A stretch of DNA of 64,000 nucleotides. Origin: Macrostomum hystrix. Its lineage: Eukaryota; Animalia; Platyhelminthes. This document shows, one piece after another, positions 56,160 to 64,000 of this stretch. The notes beneath the pieces are model-generated. The model worked only from the letters and a program-made list of their open reading frames with translations. It was not told the origin of the DNA and ran no database searches. Position numbers and translations under genes: made by a program. The stretch's first letter is position 1; each line of letters begins with the position of its first letter. Location: the NCBI GenBank assembly GCA_950097015.1, contig CATNEN010000039.1, positions 17,670,001 to 17,734,000 of the forward strand. The letters run 5' to 3'.

Positions 56160-58252
56160 GCTATGGGATCTGGAATGGTATAGTTATGGGATCTGGGATG
56201 GTAGTTATGGGATCTGGGAAGGTAGCTATGGGATCTGGGAAGGTAGCTATGGGATCTGGGATGGTATAGCTATGGGATCTGGGAAGGTAGCTATGGGATC
56301 TGGGATAGTAGCTATGGGATCTGGGATAGTATAGCTATGGGATCTGGGATGGTAGCTATGGGATTTGGGATGGTATAGCTATGGGATCTGGGATGGTAGC
56401 TATGGGATCTGGGATGGTATAGCTATGGGATTTGGGATGGTAGTTATGGGATCTGGGAAGGTAGCTATGGGATCTGGGAAGGTAGCTATGGGATCTGGGA
56501 TGGTATAGCTATGGGATCTGGGAAGGTAGCTATGGGATCTGGCATAGTAGCTATGGGATCTGGGATAGTATAGCTATGGGATCTGGGATGGTAGCTATGG
56601 GATTTGGGATGGTATAGCTATGGGATCTGGGATGGTAGCTATGGGATCTGGGATGGTATAGCTATGGGATCTGGGATGGTATAGCTATGGGATCTGGGAT
56701 GGTATAGCTATGGGATTTGGGATGGTATAGCTATGGGATTTGGGATGGTATAGCTATGGGATTTGGGATGGTATAGCTATGGGATCTGGGATGGTATAGC
56801 TATGGGATCTGGGAAGGTAGCTATGGGATCTCGGATGGTATAGCTATGGGATCTGGGATGGTAGCTATGGGATTTGGGATGGTATAGCTATGGGATCTGG
56901 GATGGTATAGCTATGGGATCTGGGATGGTATAGCCATGCGATCTGGGATGGTAGCTATGGGATCTGGGATGGTAGCTATGGGATTTGGGATGGTATAGCT
57001 ATGGGATCTGGGATGGTATAGCCATGCGATCTGGGATGGTAGCTATGGGATCTGGGATGGTAGCTATGGGATTTGGGATGGTATAGCTATGGGATCTGGG
57101 ATGGTATAGTCATGGGATCTGGGATGGTAGCTATGGGATCTGGGATGGTAGCTATGGGATTTGGGATGGTTGCTATGGGATCTGGGATGGTAGCTATGGG
57201 ATTTGGGATGGTATATAGCTATGGGATCTGGGATGGTATAGCTATGGGATCTGGGATGGTATAGCCATGGGATCTGGGATGGTAGCTATGGGATCTGGGA
57301 TGGTAGCTATGGGATCTGGGATGCTAGCTATGGGATTTGGGATGGTATAGCTATGGGATCTGGGATGGTATAGCCATGGGATCTGGGATGGTAGCTATGG
57401 GATCTGGGATGGTAGCTATGGGATTTGGGATGGTTGCTATGGGATCTGGGATGGTAGCTATGGGATTTGGGATGGTATATAGCTATGGGATCTGGGATGG
57501 TATAGCTATGGGATCTGGGATGGTATAGCCATGGGATCTGGGATGGTAGCTATGGGATCTGGGATGGTAGCTATGGGATCTGGGATGGTAGCTATGGGAT
57601 TTGGGATGGTATAGCTATGGGATCTGGGATGGTATAGCCATGGGATCTGGGATGGTAGCTATGGGATCTGGGATGGTAGCTATGGGATCTGGGATGGTAG
57701 CTATGGGATTTGGGATGGTATAGCCATGGGATCTGGGATGGTAGCTATGGGATCTGGGATGGTAGCTATGGGATCTGGGATGGTAGCTATGGGATTTGGG
57801 ATGGTATAGCTATGGGATCTGGGATGGTATAGCCATGGGATCTGGGATGGTAGCTATGGGATCTGGGATGGTAGCTATGGGATCTGGGATGGTAGCTATG
57901 GGATTTGGGATGGTATAGCCATGGGATCTGGGATGGTAGCTATGGGATCTGGGATGGTAGCTATGGGATCTGGGATGGTAGCTATGGGATTTGGGATGGT
58001 ATAGCTATGGGATCTGGGATGGTAGCTATGGGATCTGGGATGGTAGCTATGGGATCTGGGATGGTATAGCTATGGGATCTGGGATGGTAGCTATGGGATT
58101 TGGGATGGTATAGCTATGGGATCTGGGATGGTAGCTATGGGATCTGGGATGGTAGCTATGGGATTTGGGATGGTATATAGCTATGGGATCTGGGATGGTA
58201 TAGCTATGGGATCTGGGATGGTATAGCCATGGGATCTGGGATGGTAGCTATG
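56160..58252. repeat. 21/23-bp satellite (GCTATGGGATCTGGGATGGTA[TA])
   Basis: About 95 copies with higher-order blocks. Confidence 0.95.
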
Positions 58253-58423
58253 ATGTTATTGATATAAATGTTTTTTATGCTGTGGGATCTGAGATTCGTG
58301 GGATCAATGCTCTGAGATCTCAGAAAATGAAATCAAATATTTTAATGCGTGTTTGTCACTTTTTATTGACTAATGAAGTAATAAAGTTTCTTAAACTCTA
58401 TGCTTCGTGATGGTTTTATTTCG

Positions 58424-59449
58424 TCAGTCGTCATTTCCAGTTGACTCGGCTGCCACAGTAGCCGCCGTGTCGGGGCCAACCCGCCTGTCGCCGAAGCAGC
58501 GACGGTAGCAGCAGCAGCAGCTGACTAGATCGCGCCAAATAAGGCGCCGAATACTCGGCGATGTCAGAGCGTAGATGTACAGGGCGAAGCAGTTGTTGGT
58601 GTAGGACAGCAGGATCAGGCCATTGTAAGCTGTGTCAATAGACATTGTCCAATTAGAGATGGGGCTGACCACCCTGTACACCAGCATAAACCGGCTGGGC
58701 AGCATGGAGACAAAGAAATAGACAGATATGCCGAACAGCATCCTGAACGCCTTGGCCTCCTTGGTTGCGTGACTGCTAGACGCGGTGGCGCTGCCGGCGA
58801 GGGCGTATCGGCACAGCAAGGCGCCGTTCAGGGCTAGCAGGTACAGGCTGGGCAGCAGGATGCGCAGCACCAGGTCGCTGGCGATGAAGGCGGTGAAGTT
58901 GAACTGAGGCACGCTGACGCACACGCGATAGCCTGGCCAGAGGCGCATGATGTACAGCAGGCAGTGGTTCTTGACCACGGCAGCCGCGGCCAAGCAGGCG
59001 ACAACGCCAGCCATCAGGCGGGCGCTGAACCGACGCATCGGAGCCACAACAGCCAGAAGACGCTCCGTGGCGATGAGGCAGACGATCCAACCGCTGACAT
59101 CCGTGGACCAGTAGACTCCGAAGATGTGCAGCCGGCAGAGGGCGTCCGAGACGTTGCGAATGTCCCAGCCGCTGGTCAGGAGGGTCAGGTAGCGGGTCAG
59201 GGAGATCAGGATCACCGCCAGGTCGGCCACGGCCAGCAGGCGGAAGGTTGCACGGGTCGACTCGCCTAGGAAACAGCGGCTCCTAAGCAGCCAGAGAATC
59301 GCCACGTTGCCAAACAGGCCGAGAGCCATGGCGAGGCAGCCGAAGCTGAACAGAAGCTGACGGGTGGCGAACAGAGCTTCCTGGGGTCTGGCGCCGGCTG
59401 GAACCGCGGTGGCCGTCGAGTTCAGGGGCTCGCTTGTGCTGTTGCTCAT
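58424..59449 (-). CDS. Intronless class A (rhodopsin-like) GPCR, peptide-receptor-like orphan, 341 aa
   Basis: Seven hydrophobic helices; N-terminal N-glycosylation sequons; GLFGN, LAVAD, C at the top of TM3, ERL in the DRY position, TM5 LLP, TM6 SMLP, TM7 TNNCFALYIY; C-terminal CCCC. Confidence 0.9.
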   Translation of the reverse strand: MSNSTSEPLNSTATAVPAGARPQEALFATRQLLFSFGCLAMALGLFGNVAILWLLRSRCFLGESTRATFRLLAVADLAVILISLTRYLTLLTSGWDIRNVSDALCRLHIFGVYWSTDVSGWIVCLIATERLLAVVAPMRRFSARLMAGVVACLAAAAVVKNHCLLYIMRLWPGYRVCVSVPQFNFTAFIASDLVLRILLPSLYLLALNGALLCRYALAGSATASSSHATKEAKAFRMLFGISVYFFVSMLPSRFMLVYRVVSPISNWTMSIDTAYNGLILLSYTNNCFALYIYALTSPSIRRLIWRDLVSCCCCYRRCFGDRRVGPDTAATVAAESTGNDD

Positions 59450-59785
59450 CTTGGAATTGAGGTGGCCTGGTGCTCTGAATAGCTTGTATTGCTACAGCTG
59501 AGTTGTAAGATTTATACCATGGGGAAGAATGCACTAAATCTGCATATTCTTCATCGCCAGACGGCTCCTATTGGTCGGCATAGGCCCGAGGGTGAAATCT
59601 CGTTCAAAATAAGTTATTTTTCAAATGCCTCCATTCCCAAGATCAAAAGGATTTCTCAGTCCCTAAAAAATTTAAACAAAATATTCAACAAAACAATGAG
59701 AAGCCCACAGGATGAGTCATCGAGGAATTGAGGAAACAAAGTGTTGGACAATTCAGTCACGAATTGGCGATGTAGGAATGTAGAA

Positions 59786-61353
59786 TCTGGGATCTATAGG
59801 ATCTGGGATCTATAGGATCTGGGATCTATAGGATCTGGGATCTATAGGATCTGGGATCTATAGGATCTGGTATCTATAGGATCTGGGATCTATAGGATCT
59901 GGTATCTATAGGATCTGGGATCTATAGGATCTGGGATCTATAGGATCTGGGAACTATAGGATCTGGTATCTATAGGATCTGGGATCCATAGGATCTGGGA
60001 TCTATAGGATCTGGGATCTATAGGATCTGGTATCTATAGGATCTGGGATCTATAGGATCTGGGATCTATAGGATCTGGGAACTATAGGATCTGGGATCTA
60101 TAGGATCTGGGAACTATAGGATCTCTGGTATCTATAGGATCTGGGATCTATAGGATCTGGGATCTATAGGATCTGGGATCTATAGGATCTGGGATCTATA
60201 GGATCTGGGAACTATAGGATCTCTGGTATCTATAGGATCTGGGATCTATAGGATCTGGGATCTATAGGATCTGGGATCTATAGGATCTGGTATCTATAGG
60301 ATCTGGGATCTATAGGATCTGGTATCTATAGGATCTGGGATCTATAGGATCTGGGATCTATAGGATCTGGGAACTATAGGATCTCTGGTATCTATAGGAT
60401 CTGGGATCTATAGGATCTGGGATCTATAGGATCTGGGAACTATAGGATCTGGTATCTATAGGATCTGGGATCTATAGGATCTGGTATCTATAGGATCTGG
60501 GATCTATAGGATCTGGGATCTATAGGATCTAGTATCTATAGGATCTGGGATCTATAGGATCTGGGATCTATAGGATCTGGGATCTATAGGATCTAGTATC
60601 TATAGGATCTGGTATCTATAGGATCTGGGATCTATAGGATCTGGGATCTATAGGATCTGGGATCTATAGGATCTAGTATCTATAGGATCTGGGATCTATA
60701 GGATCTGGGATCTACAGGATCTGGTATCTATAGGATCTGGGATCTATAGGATCTGGGATCTATAGGATCTGGGATCTATAGGATCTGGGAACTATAGGAT
60801 CTGGGAACTATAGGATCTAGGATCTATAGGATCTGGGATCTATAGGATCTGGGATCTATAGGACCTGGGATCTATAGGATCTGGGAACTATAGGATCTGG
60901 TATCTATAGGATCTGGGATCTATAGGATCTGGGATCTATAGGATCTAGTATCTATAGGATCTGGGATCTATAGGATCTGGGAACTATAGGATCTGGGAAC
61001 TATAGGATCTGGGATCTATAGGATCTGGTATCTATAGGATCTGGGATCTATAGGATCTGGGATCTATAGGATCTGGGATCTATAGGATCTGGGATCTATA
61101 GGATCTGGTATCTATAGGATCTGGGATCTATAGGATCTGGGATCTATAGGATCTGGGATCTATAGGATCTGGGATCTATAGGATCTGGGATCTATAGGAT
61201 CTGGGATCTATAGGATCTGGGAACTATAGGATCTGGGATCTATAGGATCTGGGATCTATAGGATCTGGGATCTATAGGATCTGGGATCTATAGGATCTGG
61301 GATCTATAGGATCTGGGATCTATAGGATCTGGGATCTATAGGATCTGGGATCT
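59786..61353. repeat. 16-bp satellite (CTATAGGATCTGGGAT)
   Basis: About 98 copies; reverse-complement relative of 54283-55420. Confidence 0.95.
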
Positions 61354-61984
61354 AAAGCTGTCTTCCTTTTTATTTAGCTGCACTAGCGTCGTGGAGTATC
61401 GCCATTTTCATTCTTGTCGCGATGCTATCAAGTGTTTTTGTCTTGTCAGAAATGTCAAATATATAATATTGAATAGGATGTACAGTAAACCTCACAATCG
61501 CATTGAGTTCTAAGCAGCTAGAAATCTAACACTACTTTTGTTTTATTGATTTTCGAGACATTGCACGACATGTCTTTTGACTTTGAAAATAGATCGAGTT
61601 TCGGTGGCCTGGCTTTGTTACAGAACAGTTGCGCTCTAAAGTGGAATGGAACCAAGCTTACTAGAAAGAATTTTATGTAGATAGACAAAATTAAGTAAAC
61701 AGAATTGCGATCCGGAATGAAAGTACAATATGATAACTAATATAAAATCTCTTAGTCTCGGTAATATTATGCAATATTAAAGGTTTTTCTTTTTAGTAAT
61801 CATTATTTAATTTTTATTACTGGTAGTAAAATTAGCTGAAAATTTATTGTAAATGTAGGATAATCTTGTTTAATCACATTCGATAATCCCTTTTAATTAG
61901 AATCGGATAATCAATTGCGATTAAGATTTGACAATTCATTGTGGTTAGAACAAGATAATACTTTGGAATTTGGTTTGGATCATC

Positions 61985-62398
61985 CATTGGGATTACAATT
62001 GGAATTCCCATTGGGATTACAACTGGATAATCCATTGTGATTAGAATTGGACAATCCATTGTGGTTAGAATTGGATAATCCATTGTGATTAGAATTGGAC
62101 AATCCATTATGGTTAGAATTGGATAATCCATTGTGGTCAGAATTGGATAATCCATTGTGATTAGAATTGGATAATACATTGTGATTAGAATTGGATAATC
62201 CATTGTGGTTAGAATTAGATAATCCATTGTGGTTAGAATTGGATAATCCATTGTGATTAGAATTGGATAATCCATTGGGATTACAATTGGAATTCCCATT
62301 GTGATTACAACTGGATAATCCAATGTGGTTTGAATTGGATAATCCATTGTGATTAGAATTGGATATTCCATTCTAGTTAGGCCGGGATAATCCATTGT
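61985..62398. repeat. 24-bp minisatellite (GGATAATCCATTGTGATTAGAATT)
   Basis: About 17 copies. Confidence 0.88.
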
Positions 62399-62904
62399 AG
62401 TTATACTGAAGGTGGTCAGTCTGTAGAATGGTCATAATTATTGACTGCATTACGTTTTTCAAAACAAAAGATTTGCCAAATACAAAATAATTGACACGAA
62501 ATTTGATTTTAGAAAGCTGTGCACGACGAATGTTTTTTAATTAACGTTAAAAATAGATCAGTCTTTTTAATACCCATTCGAATTTAACCGGTATATAGGA
62601 AAAACAAATGACAGTTTCTCATGATGCAATCGGCAACAAAGATTCTATTTTGCATGCCTTAAAAATACGGTTTGCAAACATGTTTAAATATAAATCAGCT
62701 CCATAATACATTTGGCTGGCATTACTCAGAACAATAAATCTGATGTCGCAAAGATGTGCCGTTCCCACGGTACAATTTCTAAGAAATTCAAAGCAACAAA
62801 CAAAAAGAGTCTAGCCGTCTGTCCTGGTACGACTCTAGCCTTGATATTTGGTACGATTTTGGCTGCAGGTTTTGTTAATTGTCATTAGCTGCAGTTTTGC
62901 AGGG

Positions 62905-63828
62905 GGATGAGACAGGGGAGAGATGACAGATGAGAGAGATGAGTCAGGGGAGAGATGAGACAGGGGAGAGATGAGACATGAGAGAGATGAGACAGGAGAG
63001 ATGAGACAGGGGAGAGATGAGACATGAGAGAGATGAGACGGGAGAGATGAGACATGGGAGAGATGAGACAGGGGATAAATGAGACAGGGGAGAGATGAGA
63101 CAGGGGATATATGAGACAGGGGAGAGATGAGACAGGGGAGAGATGAGACAGGGGATAAATGAGACAGGGGAGAGATGAGACTGGGGATAAATGAGACGGG
63201 GGAGAGATGAGACTGGGGATAAATGAGACAGGGGAGAGATGCATGAGACAGGGGAGAGATGCATGAGACATGGGAGAGATAAGACAGGGGATATATGAGA
63301 CAGGGGAGAGATGAGACAGGGGAGAGATGAGACTGGGGATAAATGAGACAGGGGAGAGATGCATGAGACAGGGGAGAGATGAGACATGGGAGAGATAAGA
63401 CAAGGGATAAATGAGACAGGGGAGAGATGAGACATGAGAGAGATGAGACGGGAGAGATGAGACAGGGGAGAGATGAGACAGGGAGAGATGAGACAGGGAG
63501 AGATAAGACAGGGGAGAGATGAGACAGGGAGAGATAAGACAGGGGAGAGATGAGACAGGGAGAGATAAGACAGGGGAGAGGTGAGACAGGGAGAGATAAG
63601 ACAGGGGAGAGGTGAGACAGGGGGGATGAGACAGGGGAGAGGTGAGACAGGGAGAGATAAGACAGGGGAGAGGTGAGACAGGGGGGATGAGACAGGGGAG
63701 AGATGAGACAGGGGAGAGATGAGACATGCGAGAGATGAGACGGGAGAGATGAGACAGGGGAGAGATGAGACAGGGAGAGATAAGACAGGGGAGAGATGAG
63801 ACAGGGGGGATGAGACTGGAGATGAGTC
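62905..63828. repeat. ~15-17-bp purine-rich minisatellite (GAGAGATGAGACAGGGG)
   Basis: Same family as 1314-1694. Confidence 0.92.
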
Positions 63829-64000
63829 AAGTAATATGTTGGTGCAAGAGATTTAGGAATTTAGCAGGCTAAAACAGGCTTGTGTGCCTGGAATTACTGG
63901 CCCATGTTTTAATTAATCAGGAAAAGTGACCATGCGCATGCATAATTGATTATCTTCAGAGATGAAAGCCAATATCGAATGTACTTTTGCAGGAGTACAT

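Noticed and set aside
61874-63830. Repetitive ORFs (MDYPILIT)n and (SHLSPVSSLPCL)n
   Set aside because: Minisatellite translations.

Overview
Eukaryotic, intron-containing animal genomic DNA: AT-rich intergenic sequence, GC-rich exons and roughly a quarter of the window in 12-34 bp minisatellite arrays. This style suggests a free-living flatworm such as Macrostomum, but that is inference only. Five spliced host genes could be reconstructed exon by exon: a DDAH-like protein that appears to have lost its catalytic residues, an atypical Rab-like GTPase with a 10.6 kb first intron, a ubiquitin-like/ankyrin protein, a RacGAP1/CYK-4-like protein lacking the C1 domain, and VPS35. There is also an intronless class A peptide-type GPCR and two orphan ORFs. 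Two complete, young Ty3/gypsy LTR retrotransposons are present, with LTRs identical by eye and 4-bp TSDs, along with two tRNA-derived SINEs, several MITEs and a ~200-bp Penelope-type fragment carrying a minimal hammerhead ribozyme. The most striking item is the 8.8-kb gypsy element at 42312-51100. Its single Gag-Pol ORF carries a cold-shock (UNR/Lin28-like) RNA-binding domain between the zinc knuckle and the protease. It also has a primer-binding region complementary to much of tRNA-Gln, a triplicated U5 LTR end, and an in-frame hydrophobic ORF right after the pol TAG. Most long ORFs in the supplied track are satellite artefacts. All homology calls come from motif recognition, not database searches.
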